Below, piece by piece: positions 38,739 to 49,106 of a stretch of DNA of 64,000 bases. This DNA is from Pseudomonadota bacterium (GTDB taxonomy: Bacteria; Pseudomonadota; Alphaproteobacteria; Rhizobiales; Beijerinckiaceae): positions 1,862 to 65,861 of the forward strand of contig JAJXYV010000001.1 in NCBI GenBank assembly GCA_021780435.1, read 5' to 3'. Position numbers and translations under genes: made by a program. Every line of letters begins with the position of its first letter. The stretch's first letter is position 1. The notes beneath the pieces are model-generated. The model did not search any database. It had not been told where the DNA came from and worked only from the letters and a program-made list of their open reading frames with translations.

Positions 38739-40432
38739 TGTCGCGCATTAAGACGGTCCTTTCCGCGGCGCTTCTTGCCGCGCTGTCCTCGCCGGCGCTC
38801 GCCGACGCCATCTCGGGCGCGACGGAAAAGCAGGCCACGAATTATCACGCCATTGCGATGTTCGGCTTCTTCGTCCTGCTGACGCTCGGCATCACCTACT
38901 GGGCGGCGAAACGCACGCGCTCGGCCGCGCAGTTCTATACGGCCGGCGGCGGCATCACCGGCTTCCAGAACGGCCTCGCGATCGCCGGCGACTATATGTC
39001 CGCCGCGTCCTTCCTCGGCATTTCCGGCCTGGTCTATCTGTCGGGCTTTGACGGTCTGATTTATTCGGTGGGCTGGCTGGTCGGCTGGCCCATCGTCACC
39101 TTCCTGATTGCGGAGCCCCTGCGCAACCTCGGCAAGTTTACTTTCGCCGACGTCGCGTCGTTCCGGTTCCAGCAGGCGCCGATCCGCATCCTCGCGGCCT
39201 GCGGCACGCTGGTCACCGTGGCCTTCTATCTGATCGCGCAGATGGTCGGCGCGGGCAGCCTCATCAAGCTGCTGTTCGGCCTCGATTACGCCTATGCGGT
39301 GATCATCGTCGGCATCCTGATGATCATTTACGTGACCTTCGGCGGCATGGTGGCGACGACCTGGGTGCAGATCATCAAGGCCTGCCTGCTGCTCGCCGGC
39401 GCGACCTTCATGGCTTTCATGGTTCTGTCCAAATTCGGCTTCAGCCCTGAGGCGCTCTTCGCCAAGGCGGTCGAAGTCCATCCGAAGAAGCTCGCGATCA
39501 TGGAGCCCGGCGCGCTGATCACCAGCCCGCTCTCGGCGCTCTCGCTCGGCCTGGCCTTGATGTTCGGCACGGCCGGGTTGCCGCACATCCTGATGCGCTT
39601 CTTCACCGTCGCCGACGCCAAGGCCGCCCGCAAGTCGGTGTTCTATGCGACCGGTTTCATCGGCTATTTCTATATCCTGACCTTCATCATCGGTTTCGGC
39701 GCGATCGTGCTGGTCTCAACCAATCCGGACTTCTTGAATCCGGCGTTGGTAGCCAAGGGCAAGTCGGGCATCGACGCAATTCGCGGCGGCAACAACATGG
39801 CGGCGATCGACCTCGCCGGCGCGGTGGGCGGGGACATCTTCCTCGGCTTCATCTCGGCGGTGGCGTTCGCGACGATCGTCGCGGTCGTCTCCGGCCTGAC
39901 CCTGGCGGGCGCCTCGGCGATCAGCCACGACCTCTACGCCACCGTCGTGAAGGGCGGTAAGGCGAACGAGCAGGACGAAATCCGCGTCTCGAAGATCGCG
40001 ACCATCATTCTCGGCATCGTTGCCGTGATCCTGGGCATCGTCTTTGAAAAGCAGAACGTCGCCTTCATGGTCGGCCTTGCCTTCTCGATCGCTGCGTCGT
40101 GCAACTTCCCGGTGCTGCTGATGTCGATGATGTGGCGCGGGATGACCACCCGCGGCGCGGTGATCGGCGGCTTCCTCGGACTGATCTCGGCGCTCGTCGG
40201 CGTGATCTTCTCGCCTGCGGTGTGGGAAGCGACGCTCGGCTATCCGAAGGGTTCGGCGCTGTTCCAGATCGCCAACCCGGCGCTGTTCTCGATGACCTTC
40301 GCCTTCGTCGGCATCTGGCTCTTCTCCAAGCTGGACAACAGCGAACGCGCGAAGATCGACCGCGCCGGCTTCGACGCCCAGTTCGTCCGCTCGCAGACGG
40401 GCATCGGCGCCTCCGGCGCTTCGGCCCACTGA
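38735..40432 (+). CDS. actP: Cation/acetate symporter ActP (SSS family)
   Basis: [54 protein letters not shown]. Confidence 0.93.
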   Translation: MMSRIKTVLSAALLAALSSPALADAISGATEKQATNYHAIAMFGFFVLLTLGITYWAAKRTRSAAQFYTAGGGITGFQNGLAIAGDYMSAASFLGISGLVYLSGFDGLIYSVGWLVGWPIVTFLIAEPLRNLGKFTFADVASFRFQQAPIRILAACGTLVTVAFYLIAQMVGAGSLIKLLFGLDYAYAVIIVGILMIIYVTFGGMVATTWVQIIKACLLLAGATFMAFMVLSKFGFSPEALFAKAVEVHPKKLAIMEPGALITSPLSALSLGLALMFGTAGLPHILMRFFTVADAKAARKSVFYATGFIGYFYILTFIIGFGAIVLVSTNPDFLNPALVAKGKSGIDAIRGGNNMAAIDLAGAVGGDIFLGFISAVAFATIVAVVSGLTLAGASAISHDLYATVVKGGKANEQDEIRVSKIATIILGIVAVILGIVFEKQNVAFMVGLAFSIAASCNFPVLLMSMMWRGMTTRGAVIGGFLGLISALVGVIFSPAVWEATLGYPKGSALFQIANPALFSMTFAFVGIWLFSKLDNSERAKIDRAGFDAQFVRSQTGIGASGASAH

Positions 40433-40441
40433 TCGTGATTG

Positions 40442-40474
40442 GGGCGCGGCTGTTTCAGCCGCGCCCTCTTCTTT
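40442..40474 (+). terminator. Terminator-like hairpin between actP and the nucleotidyltransferase gene
   Basis: gggcgcggctg-ttt-cagccgcgccc followed by tcttcttt. Confidence 0.65.
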
Positions 40475-40496
40475 AGAAAATTTCGTCTAATTCATC

Positions 40497-42326
40497 TTGA
40501 ATGCGCCGCTGGCGCGCGGCGGCCTCCCCATGTCCGTCATTCTCGATACCGCGACGGCGCCTTTCGATCGACTCACACCCGATGAGGCGGAGATGTTGCG
40601 CGGCGCGATGGATGTCGCTTATTTCCGTCCCAACGAGACCATTATCGCGGAAGGCGGCGCGCCCGAGGGCCTCTATGTCATCATCAAGGGGGCCGTTGAA
40701 GAGCGGGAGCAGGGCGATCTGGTCGGTTTGCTCGGCCCCAAGGATTTCTTCGACAGCCGCGCCCTGGTTCAGGGCGCGGGCGTCAGCGGCTTCGTCGCAC
40801 GCGAGGAAACGCTATGCGCGCTGGCGCCGCGCGCGGAGGTTCTCCGCCTCATCAACTCCAATCCGCGCTTCGGCGCCTTCTTCTACACCGACATATCCCG
40901 CAAGCTCGAAGAACTGGCCCAAAAGGATGAGTCGAGCCAGATCGAATCCATGATGCGCGCGCGGGTCCGGGATCTTTATCTGATGCCCGCCGCCATCATC
41001 GATTCGGTCCAGCCAATTGTCTCCGCCGGCCGCATCATGCGCGACATCGACTGTAATGCGCTTCTGGTGCGCGACGGCGACCGCACTGGCGTCGTCACCG
41101 GCATGAACCTGGCGAAGGCCATGGTGCTCAAAGGCATGACCATCGACGAACCGGTCGGGAACATCGCTCAGTACGAACTGGTGACGATCGAACCGGACGA
41201 ATTCGTCTCGCAGGCCCTGCTGCTCATGACGAAATACAACAAGCGCCGCCTCGTGGTGAAAGAGGGCGACAATTTCGTCGGCATCCTTGAAGACATCAAC
41301 CTATTGAGTTTCTTCGCCGGCAATTCGCAACTCGTGGTCGGACGCATCGATCGGGCTGCAACGATTGCCGAACTGGGCGCTGCAGCGAAACAGATTGCGG
41401 AGCAGGTTCGCCCGCTGCGCCGGCAGGGCGTGAAATTCGAAGTGGTGGCGGAGATCATTTCCGACCTCAATCGGCGCCTCTTCGCCAAACTCTTTGATCT
41501 GCTCTGTCCGGACAAGCTGCATGACAAATGCTGCCTGATCGTCATGGGCAGCGAAGGCCGCGGCGAGCAGACGATCCGCACCGATCAGGACAACGGCCTG
41601 ATCCTTGGCGAAGGCGTCGACCCGGCGGTGCTCGACCGCTTTAGAAACGAATTCTCCGGCGCGCTGGCCGAGTTCGGGTTTCCGCCGTGTCCCGGCCAGG
41701 TAATGGTCAATAATCCGCTCTGGTCGCGCACGATCGGCGAATATATTGCCGATTTCAGTGTCTGGACCGCGACCGCCGACGATCAGTCGGCAATGAATGT
41801 CGCGATCTTCTACGACGCCGAGGCGGTCGCGGGAGACGCCTCGCTGCTTGCGCGCGCGAAAAAGGATCTTGTCGAGAAGGTCGCTAATGAACGGGTTTTC
41901 CTCGGCCGTTTCGCCAAGTCGATCGAAGCCTTCGAGCCGCCGATCGGACTCTTCAACACACTCAAGACGTCGGAAGGCGAGGGTGATGCGCTCGACCTGA
42001 AAAAGGGCGGCATTTTCCCGATTGTCCATGGCGTGCGCTCGCTCGCCATCGAACAGGGACTCGAAGAAACAAATACTTTCAAACGGCTGGCGAAACTGGC
42101 TGAACTCGGGCTCCTGAAAGAGGATTTCGCACGCGATCTGGCCCGGGCGCTGGATTATCTCATGACGATCCGCCTGGACGCCCAGATCAACGCCGCAAAA
42201 AGCGCAAGCCTGCTCAAGCCGGCGACCCTGACCAGCATGGATCGTGAATTGCTGCGCGATTCCTTCCAGGTGGTGAAGCAGCTGCGCGAGCTCGTGCGCC
42301 GCCGCTTCAACCTCAACATGTTCTGA
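40497..42326 (+). CDS. cNMP-binding + CBS-pair + DUF294 putative nucleotidyltransferase
   Basis: N-terminal cNMP-like domain, two CBS repeats, Pol-beta-type motif MGSEGRGEQTIRTDQDNG, C-terminal DLKKGGIFPIVHGVR. Confidence 0.88.
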   Translation: MNAPLARGGLPMSVILDTATAPFDRLTPDEAEMLRGAMDVAYFRPNETIIAEGGAPEGLYVIIKGAVEEREQGDLVGLLGPKDFFDSRALVQGAGVSGFVAREETLCALAPRAEVLRLINSNPRFGAFFYTDISRKLEELAQKDESSQIESMMRARVRDLYLMPAAIIDSVQPIVSAGRIMRDIDCNALLVRDGDRTGVVTGMNLAKAMVLKGMTIDEPVGNIAQYELVTIEPDEFVSQALLLMTKYNKRRLVVKEGDNFVGILEDINLLSFFAGNSQLVVGRIDRAATIAELGAAAKQIAEQVRPLRRQGVKFEVVAEIISDLNRRLFAKLFDLLCPDKLHDKCCLIVMGSEGRGEQTIRTDQDNGLILGEGVDPAVLDRFRNEFSGALAEFGFPPCPGQVMVNNPLWSRTIGEYIADFSVWTATADDQSAMNVAIFYDAEAVAGDASLLARAKKDLVEKVANERVFLGRFAKSIEAFEPPIGLFNTLKTSEGEGDALDLKKGGIFPIVHGVRSLAIEQGLEETNTFKRLAKLAELGLLKEDFARDLARALDYLMTIRLDAQINAAKSASLLKPATLTSMDRELLRDSFQVVKQLRELVRRRFNLNMF

Positions 42327-42336
42327 GCGCGCCGCC

Positions 42337-43008
42337 ATGGCGCTTCGCTGGCTCTCTCGCCTGATGGACAAGGCGACCCTCTCTGACAGGAGATACTCCT
42401 TCCTGTTTGAGCCAGGACCACCCGACGAAACCGTCTCGATTGATTGCGAAACCACGGGTCTCGATCCGCGCCGCGACGAAATCATTTCGGTCGCGGCCAT
42501 CAAAATCCGCGGCGATCGGATCCTCGCCAGCGAGACCTTTCAATCGGTCGTTCGGCCGCGCGTGGCCATCGCCGCCGAGGCGATCAAGATTCATGGTCTG
42601 CGTGAGGTTGATGTCGCAAGCGCCCGCCCTATCAAGGAAATTTTGCCTGATCTGCTGCATTTCATCGGCGGGAGGCCGCTGGTCGGCTATTACATCGATT
42701 TCGACATCGCCATGCTCAACAACCATGTCTCGGAAATGCTGGGCATACAGCTTCCGAACCCGCGGATCGAAGTATCGAGCATTTATTACGAGCGCAAATA
42801 TAGCGACGCCCCGCCCGGCACGCAGATCAACCTGACCTTTGCAAATATTCTTCGTGACCTGAAGCTGCCGCTGTTCAACCAGCATGACGCCTTTTCCGAC
42901 GCGCTGATGACGGCGATGATCTACGTAAATCTCAAAGATTATGTTGCGCGCGACATCCGCATCCCGCGCCCGCGGATAAAGCCCGCACAAGATTATCACG
43001 GCATGTAG
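42337..43008 (+). CDS. DEDDh 3'-5' exonuclease (DnaQ-like)
   Basis: IDCETTGLD, GYYIDFD, HDAFSDA. Confidence 0.88.
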   Translation: MALRWLSRLMDKATLSDRRYSFLFEPGPPDETVSIDCETTGLDPRRDEIISVAAIKIRGDRILASETFQSVVRPRVAIAAEAIKIHGLREVDVASARPIKEILPDLLHFIGGRPLVGYYIDFDIAMLNNHVSEMLGIQLPNPRIEVSSIYYERKYSDAPPGTQINLTFANILRDLKLPLFNQHDAFSDALMTAMIYVNLKDYVARDIRIPRPRIKPAQDYHGM

Positions 43009-43093
43009 GCAAGGTTCTTCGCGGATGCGAGCATTGTATGCGCGCTGGGAAACGCCTATTCAAAAATGCGGAAACTGAGCGCGGGAGCCTGGC

Positions 43094-43864
43094 TTGAACG
43101 ACGTCACCCTTTTCGAGAACCGCGACGGAATCGCGCATTTCGTCTTCAACCGGCCGCAGGCGCGGAATGCGCTGACCTTCGAAATGTACGAGCATCTGCG
43201 CGAGGCTTGTGAGAAGGCCGACGCCGACCGTTCGATCAAGGCCATGCTGATCTATGGCGCGGGCGACAAGGCTTTCGCGTCAGGCACGGACATTGCCGAA
43301 TTTCGCGCCCTGAAATCAGCGCAGGACGCCGTCGATTACGAGATCAAGATCGAACGCGTGCTCTCGACGCTGGAAAAGTGCCGCGTGCCGACCATTGCCG
43401 CGATCGCCGGCGCCTGCACGGGCGGCGGCGCCGCAATCGCGGCGTGCTGTGACTTGCGCCTTGCGGCGAGCAACGCCAAATTCGGCTTCCCGATCGCCCG
43501 CACGCTCGGAAACTGCCTGTCGGTCGCCAATTACGGCCGTCTCGCCGGGATCATGGGCGCCGCGCGCGTCAAGGACCTGCTTTTCACGGCGCGTTTGATC
43601 GACGCCGAAGAGGCGAAGGTTTTCGGCCTCGTCGGCGAGATTGTCGCGCCGGAGGCTCTGGCCACGCGCGCCGAGGATCTGGCCAGGACCGTTGCGGGCC
43701 ATGCCCCGCTTACCCTGCGCGCGACCAAGGAAGCGCTGCTGCGCCTGCGCCCGCCGATGGAGACCGGCGAGGATCTCGTCGTCATGTGCTATCGCAGCAC
43801 TGATTTCCAGGAGGGCATGGAGGCTTTCCTGGCAAAGAGGCCGCCGCAGTGGCGTGGCGAATGA
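43094..43864 (+). CDS. Enoyl-CoA hydratase/isomerase
   Basis: FNRPQARNAL, AFASGTDI, GGGAAIAACCDLR, FQEGMEAFLAKRPPQW. Confidence 0.9.
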   Translation: MNDVTLFENRDGIAHFVFNRPQARNALTFEMYEHLREACEKADADRSIKAMLIYGAGDKAFASGTDIAEFRALKSAQDAVDYEIKIERVLSTLEKCRVPTIAAIAGACTGGGAAIAACCDLRLAASNAKFGFPIARTLGNCLSVANYGRLAGIMGAARVKDLLFTARLIDAEEAKVFGLVGEIVAPEALATRAEDLARTVAGHAPLTLRATKEALLRLRPPMETGEDLVVMCYRSTDFQEGMEAFLAKRPPQWRGE

Positions 43865-43873
43865 GGGGCGCGT

Positions 43874-44638
43874 TTGGCGAAGGATCATGAAACGCTGACC
43901 GCCTCGCAATTCGGGGCGCATGCCCAAGCCTATGTGGCGAGCTCGGTTCACGCTTCGGGAGACGATCTGGAGGCGATTGCCGCCCTCGCAGCGCGCGAGA
44001 AGCCGGCGCGCGCGCTCGACCTCGGAACGGGCGGCGGGCACGTCGCCTATAAACTGGCGCAGGCCGCTCGCGCGGTCGTGGCGGTCGATCTTTCCGCCGA
44101 CATGCTGGCTTCCGTAACAGCGGAGGCGAAACGGCGCCGCCTCGGCAATATCGAGACTGCCCAGGCGAGTGCGGAGAAGCTGCCTTTTCGCGACGCCGAT
44201 TTCGATTTTCTTGCGAGCCGCTTTTCCGCGCATCATTGGCGCGACGCGCGACAGGGTTTGAGCGAGGCGCGTCGCGTTTTGCGGTCCGGGGCGCCAGCTT
44301 TTTTCATCGATATCGTTGGGCCAAGGGAGGTCGCCTTCGACACCCATCTCCAGACGGTCGAACTCCTGCGTGATGCCTCGCATGTGCGTGATTATAGCTG
44401 GGGCGAATGGCGCGATATGCTGAAACACGCGGGCTTCGACGTGATCGTGGAATCGTCCTGGCGCCTGCGGATGGACTTCGCCGTCTGGACCCGGCGGATC
44501 GGGACGCCGCCGCCGCTCGCGGAAGCAATCCGCCTGCTTCAGGAAAAGGCGGACGACGCGACGCGGGCCCGTTTTGCAATTGAAGACGATGGTTCGTTCT
44601 GGCTTGACGCGGCGATGTTCGAGGCGCGCGCCGTTTGA
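43874..44638 (+). CDS. Class I SAM-dependent methyltransferase
   Basis: Motif I LDLGTGGGH, DLSADML, AEKLPF.D..FD, SRFSAHHW. Confidence 0.88.
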   Translation: MAKDHETLTASQFGAHAQAYVASSVHASGDDLEAIAALAAREKPARALDLGTGGGHVAYKLAQAARAVVAVDLSADMLASVTAEAKRRRLGNIETAQASAEKLPFRDADFDFLASRFSAHHWRDARQGLSEARRVLRSGAPAFFIDIVGPREVAFDTHLQTVELLRDASHVRDYSWGEWRDMLKHAGFDVIVESSWRLRMDFAVWTRRIGTPPPLAEAIRLLQEKADDATRARFAIEDDGSFWLDAAMFEARAV

Positions 44639-44750
44639 GGCAAAAACCAGCCAGCTTCGATTTTCTTATCGTTGCAGAAGATTTATTCGGATTTGATCGT
44701 TACTCGCGTCATATTCCTTGCGTAGCGTGATATTTTACTGAAATTCATGA

Positions 44751-44766
44751 TTAACCAACCCTTAAC
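44751..44766 (+). promoter_or_regulatory. Perfect CtrA-type box
   Basis: TTAA-ccaaccc-TTAAC in AT-rich intergenic DNA upstream of the XRE gene. Confidence 0.7.
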
Positions 44767-44885
44767 TTGCATCGTTGGGGTTGAATGGTACAGAATTGAA
44801 CCGTCGAGGCCCTATGTTGTCGGGAACCTGTTTGGCGCTCCCGACTGGCCTCGTTCGATTCCGTTTTGATTGCGTGTTGGGGTTC

Positions 44886-45275
44886 ATGATAACGAAAAAC
44901 ACGATTGACCAGCATGTCGGCGCACGGTTGCGTAGCCTGAGGGAGAACCGCGGCATGACCGCGGAAAGCCTCGCGACGACGATCGGGATACCTGCGAGCC
45001 GCCTCGCTGATCTGGAAGAGGGCCGCGAGCGGATCGCTGCCAATCTGATGCGCCCATTGGCGCGCGCGCTAGGTGCGGTTCCGGCGGATTTCTTTGAAGG
45101 TTTTTCGGTCACCGCGCGCGGGGTCGTGCGCCTGTCGAGCGATGACGCCCGGGCGGCCGATGAAGAGGCGCGCCTGACGCGCGATTTCGCGCTGATTCGC
45201 GACAATGACGCGCGGCAACTCATTCTCGCGCTGGTTTCGAGCTACGCGGCGTTCGGGGAATTGGCCAAGGTTTGA
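44886..45275 (+). CDS. XRE-family HTH transcriptional regulator
   Basis: IDQHVGARLRSLRENRGMT...LEEGRERI....L..VP.DFFEG; start moved to ATG 44886. Confidence 0.85.
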   Translation: MITKNTIDQHVGARLRSLRENRGMTAESLATTIGIPASRLADLEEGRERIAANLMRPLARALGAVPADFFEGFSVTARGVVRLSSDDARAADEEARLTRDFALIRDNDARQLILALVSSYAAFGELAKV

Positions 45276-45349
45276 TCCGGGGCTGATCCAGATCATTTCT
45301 GCTGAAAACTTTCCTGTTGCAATCTGCCTGGCGCAGCAGTGGAGGTTCG

Positions 45350-47326
45350 ATGAATTTTCCCGCCGGCCGTCGGGGCCCAGCAACTCCTTCCCGCCGGAAC
45401 AGTCTCGACGGCGCGACGCACGCGCCGCGCGGCGGGGCGCCGCGATTGGCTTTGGCGGCCATCGGCGTCGTCTTTGGCGATATCGGCACATCGCCGCTTT
45501 ACGCCATGGACCAGATCTTTCACGAGGGCGTCGCGCGCACGCCGGAACATATCCTCGGCGGCGTTTCCCTCGTGATCTGGGCGATCACCATCATTGTCTC
45601 GTTCAAATATGCGATGCTTGTTCTGCGCGCGCAGAACGAGGGCGAGGGCGGAGTTTTCGCGCTCTATGGCCTTCTGCATGACAGGTCATGCAGGACGTCG
45701 CGGTTCGTGCTCTGGGCGCTGATGCTAGGGGCCGGGCTTCTGCTGGGCGACGGGATGATCACGCCGGCGATCAGCGTGCTCTCGGCGGTCGAGGGTCTGC
45801 ATGTCGCCGCGCCCAATCTTGGGCATCTCGCGATCGTCTCGCTGACCATTTTTTTGCTCGCAGGCCTTTTTTCACTGCAGTGGCGCGGTACGGCGGGTGT
45901 CGGCGGCATTTTCGGCCCGATCGTTCTGGTCTGGTTCGTGGTCATCGCCTTGATCGGCGCGTATGGCGTCGTCGCGCGCCCGGAAATCCTCGCCGCTTTC
46001 AATCCGGTCCATGGCCTGCGCTTTCTTGCCGAAGCCAGAGGCTGGGACATGCTGGAGATCCTGGGCGCCGTCATGCTGGTCATCACCGGCGGCGAGGCGA
46101 TGTACGCCGACCTTGGTCATTTCGGGGCCGCGCCGATCCGCCTCGGCTGGTTCGCCGTCGTTTTTCCGGCTCTGCTGCTCAATTATCTGGGGCAGGGAAG
46201 CTATCTGTTGTCCGGTGAACCGATCCGGGAGGGGCTGCTATTCTACAGCATGACTCCCCACGCGGCGCTTTATCCGATGGTCTCCCTGGCGACGCTCGCG
46301 ACGATCATCGCGTCTCAGTCCCTGATCTCCGGAGCCTTCTCGCTGATCTCGCAGGCTGTCCGCCTCGGCTTGTTTCCGAGGATTGCGCTGCTGCACACCC
46401 ATGCCGGCCATGCTGGCCAGATTTACGCGCCCTTCGTGAATTGGGCGCTGTTCTGCGGCTGCGTCGCGCTGGTGCTGGCCTTCGGATCGGCCTCTGCGCT
46501 CGCTGCGGCCTATGGCCTCGCAGTATCCGGGGTGATGGTCATCACCTCGGTTGCAATGTTCCTTGTGGCGCGGCGCTACTGGGGCTGGAGCCGCCTGCGC
46601 ACGGGTCTGGTCTGGGGCGCGCTGACGGCGATCAGCGGCGCTTTCTTTGCAGCCAGCACCTCGAAATTCCTCGACGGCGGGTTCATCCCTCTGTTCGTCG
46701 GCGTGGCGACCTTCATCGTCATGGCGACATGGCGCTGGGGCCGGAAGGCGACCTTTGCCGCCTATAGCGCCAAGGATACGATGACCATGGCGGAATTGGT
46801 CGAGAAATACCGCGCGAGCGCAGCTTTCATCGAGCGCAGCGCGCTGGTGATGTCGCCGAAATCCCTGAACTCTCTCGATGACCGCGTTCCAGCATTGGCC
46901 CAGATGATGTGGGATCGCTCGGGCGTTCTGCCTCGCCACTTCATCTTCATCGAGGTGACGCATATCAAGGCGCCCTATGTCGAGCAGAATCGCTACCGGG
47001 TGACGAATTTCTACCGCGCGCCTGACGGAGGAGGGATCATGGGCGTCGCTTTGCGCTTCGGCTTCATGGAGGAACCGGACGTCGAGGAATGGCTAGACGA
47101 TCTTGCGCGTCATAAACAGATTGACCTGCCGCCGCGGCATCGGCGCTGGATTGTTCATGTGGCGCATGAAAACCTGCTGCCGTCGCGGAAAATGTCGTTC
47201 TGGCGGCTCGTGCGTTTCCGCCTGTTCCAGTTTCTGCGCCTCGTGTCGCGGCCGACATCCTATTATTACGGGCTCGGAAACAATGTGCAGTTGACGGCGG
47301 AGATCTTTCCGGTGCGGTTGCGATGA
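45350..47326 (+). CDS. kup: KUP/HAK/KT potassium transporter
   Basis: GVVFGDIGTSPLY, GEGGVFAL, GDGMITPAISVLSAVEG, TGGEAMYADLGHFG, FGFMEEP; GGAGG RBS. Confidence 0.93.
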   Translation: MNFPAGRRGPATPSRRNSLDGATHAPRGGAPRLALAAIGVVFGDIGTSPLYAMDQIFHEGVARTPEHILGGVSLVIWAITIIVSFKYAMLVLRAQNEGEGGVFALYGLLHDRSCRTSRFVLWALMLGAGLLLGDGMITPAISVLSAVEGLHVAAPNLGHLAIVSLTIFLLAGLFSLQWRGTAGVGGIFGPIVLVWFVVIALIGAYGVVARPEILAAFNPVHGLRFLAEARGWDMLEILGAVMLVITGGEAMYADLGHFGAAPIRLGWFAVVFPALLLNYLGQGSYLLSGEPIREGLLFYSMTPHAALYPMVSLATLATIIASQSLISGAFSLISQAVRLGLFPRIALLHTHAGHAGQIYAPFVNWALFCGCVALVLAFGSASALAAAYGLAVSGVMVITSVAMFLVARRYWGWSRLRTGLVWGALTAISGAFFAASTSKFLDGGFIPLFVGVATFIVMATWRWGRKATFAAYSAKDTMTMAELVEKYRASAAFIERSALVMSPKSLNSLDDRVPALAQMMWDRSGVLPRHFIFIEVTHIKAPYVEQNRYRVTNFYRAPDGGGIMGVALRFGFMEEPDVEEWLDDLARHKQIDLPPRHRRWIVHVAHENLLPSRKMSFWRLVRFRLFQFLRLVSRPTSYYYGLGNNVQLTAEIFPVRLR

Positions 47327-47336
47327 GGCGTTCCGC

Positions 47337-48344
47337 TCACCGGCCGGCGAGCAGAACGATCTTCCCGAGATGGGCCGAGGACTCCATCAGTTCATGGGCG
47401 GCGCGCGCCTCTTCGAGCGGGAAGGTCGCATGGACGATCGGCTTGACCGCACCGCTGTCCAGCAGCGGCCAGACCTTTTCCCGCAAGGCATGCGCAATCG
47501 CCGCCTTGGTCGCGAGGGGGCGCGAGCGCAGGGTCGAGCCGGTGATCGTCAGGCGCTTGAGCATCACGCTCATGAAGTCGAAATCCTTGACCTTGCTGCC
47601 TTGCAGGAAAGCAATTTGAACCAGCCGGCCGTCGGGCGCCAGCGCCGAGACGTTCTTCTGGAGATAGGGCCCGCCGACCATGTCGAGGATGACGTCGACG
47701 CCCTTTTTCGCGGTCAGGGTTTTCACCTCGGCGACGAAGTCCTGTTCGCGGTAGTTGATGGCGACGTCCGCGCCGAGGCTCACGCAAAACTCGACCTTCT
47801 CCGCCGAGCCGGCGGTCGTGAAGACCCTGGCGCCGAAATGTTTCGCAAGCTGGATCGCGGTCGAGCCGATGCCGCTCGACCCGCCGTGGACGAGAAAACT
47901 CTCGTCCGGCTTCAGGGCGCCGCGATTGAAGACGTTGTCGTAGACAGTGAAGAAGGTTTCGGGGACGCCTGCGGCTTCAATCAGGCTCAGGGGCTTGGGC
48001 CTCGGCAGGCAGAGCGCCGCGTCCGCGACGCAATATTCGGCATAGCCGCCCGAACCGACCAGCGCGCAGATTTCGTCGCCGGTTTTCAGGCCTTCGACGC
48101 CCTCGCCGAGCGCGGCAATTTTTCCCGCGATTTCGAGCCCCGGAACTTCGCTTTCGCCGGGCGGCGGCGGATAGAGCCCGGCGCGCTGGATGCAGTCGGG
48201 CCGGTTGATTCCCGCGGCGGCGACTTCGACCAGAACCTTGCCTGGTCCCGGCGCAGGAACCGGCGCTTCCCGCAATTTGATGACCGCCGGACCGCCGGCG
48301 CCGTCAAAATAGATTTCGCGCATGATTGCGGGCGAGGCGGGCAT
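47337..48344 (-). CDS. NAD(P)H-quinone oxidoreductase, PIG3 family
   Basis: GINRPDCIQRAGLYPPP, HGGSSGIG, ILDMVGG, TGSTLR, HLGKIVL. Confidence 0.9.
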   Translation of the reverse strand: MPASPAIMREIYFDGAGGPAVIKLREAPVPAPGPGKVLVEVAAAGINRPDCIQRAGLYPPPPGESEVPGLEIAGKIAALGEGVEGLKTGDEICALVGSGGYAEYCVADAALCLPRPKPLSLIEAAGVPETFFTVYDNVFNRGALKPDESFLVHGGSSGIGSTAIQLAKHFGARVFTTAGSAEKVEFCVSLGADVAINYREQDFVAEVKTLTAKKGVDVILDMVGGPYLQKNVSALAPDGRLVQIAFLQGSKVKDFDFMSVMLKRLTITGSTLRSRPLATKAAIAHALREKVWPLLDSGAVKPIVHATFPLEEARAAHELMESSAHLGKIVLLAGR

Positions 48345-48356
48345 GGGCGGCTCCAG

Positions 48357-49106
48357 TCAGAACGTCTTGAGATAGAAATGCAGGCTTAGCACAAGGCCGA
48401 TGAAAATCACGAACAGCCGCACATAAAGCGGCGGGATCCGCGACCCGGCGTGGGCGCCGACGAAACCGCCTGCGACCGAACCGACGGAAAGGATGAGGCC
48501 TTCAAGCCAGTGGATCCGTCCGGACAGCAGAAAGACGCCGGTGGCCGTGGCGTTCATAAGCGTCGCCAGCAGCATTTTCAGGCTGTTCATCAATACAATG
48601 TCCTTCAGCCCGTAAAGCGTCAGGGCCGCCAGCATCAAGATGCCGATGCCGCCGCCGAAATAACCGCCATAGATCGCCACGAAACATTGGACGACGAGCA
48701 CCCCGGTCGCGCCCAGGAGCTGCTTTTCAGCCTGCTGGGGCATGACCATGCCCGCCGCGAAAACCAGCGTCGCGCCGAGCAGCAGGAAGGGCACGAGGCG
48801 TTCGAAAACCTGCTCGGAGGTCGAAAGCAGGAGAATCGCGCCGAAAAAGCCGCCAACGAGCGAAATGATCGCCAATTTTCGTCCGTCGATCCGCGGGTCT
48901 TCAAGCGATTTCTTCAAGCTGTGGCGATAAGCGAACGTTGTCGCCACCTGCGCCGGGAAGAGGGCGATGGTCGAGGTGGCGTTGGCGTCGATCCCGGGAA
49001 GGCCGGCCGCGAGTAAAGACGGAAAAGTCAGGAAGGAGCCGCCGCCGGCTAGGGCGTTAATGAAGCCCGCGCCGAAACCGGCGAGCGTGATGAGCAGGAG
49101 TTGCAT
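48357..49106 (-). CDS. TauE/SafE (TSUP) family membrane transporter
   Basis: AGFINALAGGGSFLTFP, YGGYFGGGIG; about 8 TM helices. Confidence 0.88.
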   Translation of the reverse strand: MQLLLITLAGFGAGFINALAGGGSFLTFPSLLAAGLPGIDANATSTIALFPAQVATTFAYRHSLKKSLEDPRIDGRKLAIISLVGGFFGAILLLSTSEQVFERLVPFLLLGATLVFAAGMVMPQQAEKQLLGATGVLVVQCFVAIYGGYFGGGIGILMLAALTLYGLKDIVLMNSLKMLLATLMNATATGVFLLSGRIHWLEGLILSVGSVAGGFVGAHAGSRIPPLYVRLFVIFIGLVLSLHFYLKTF

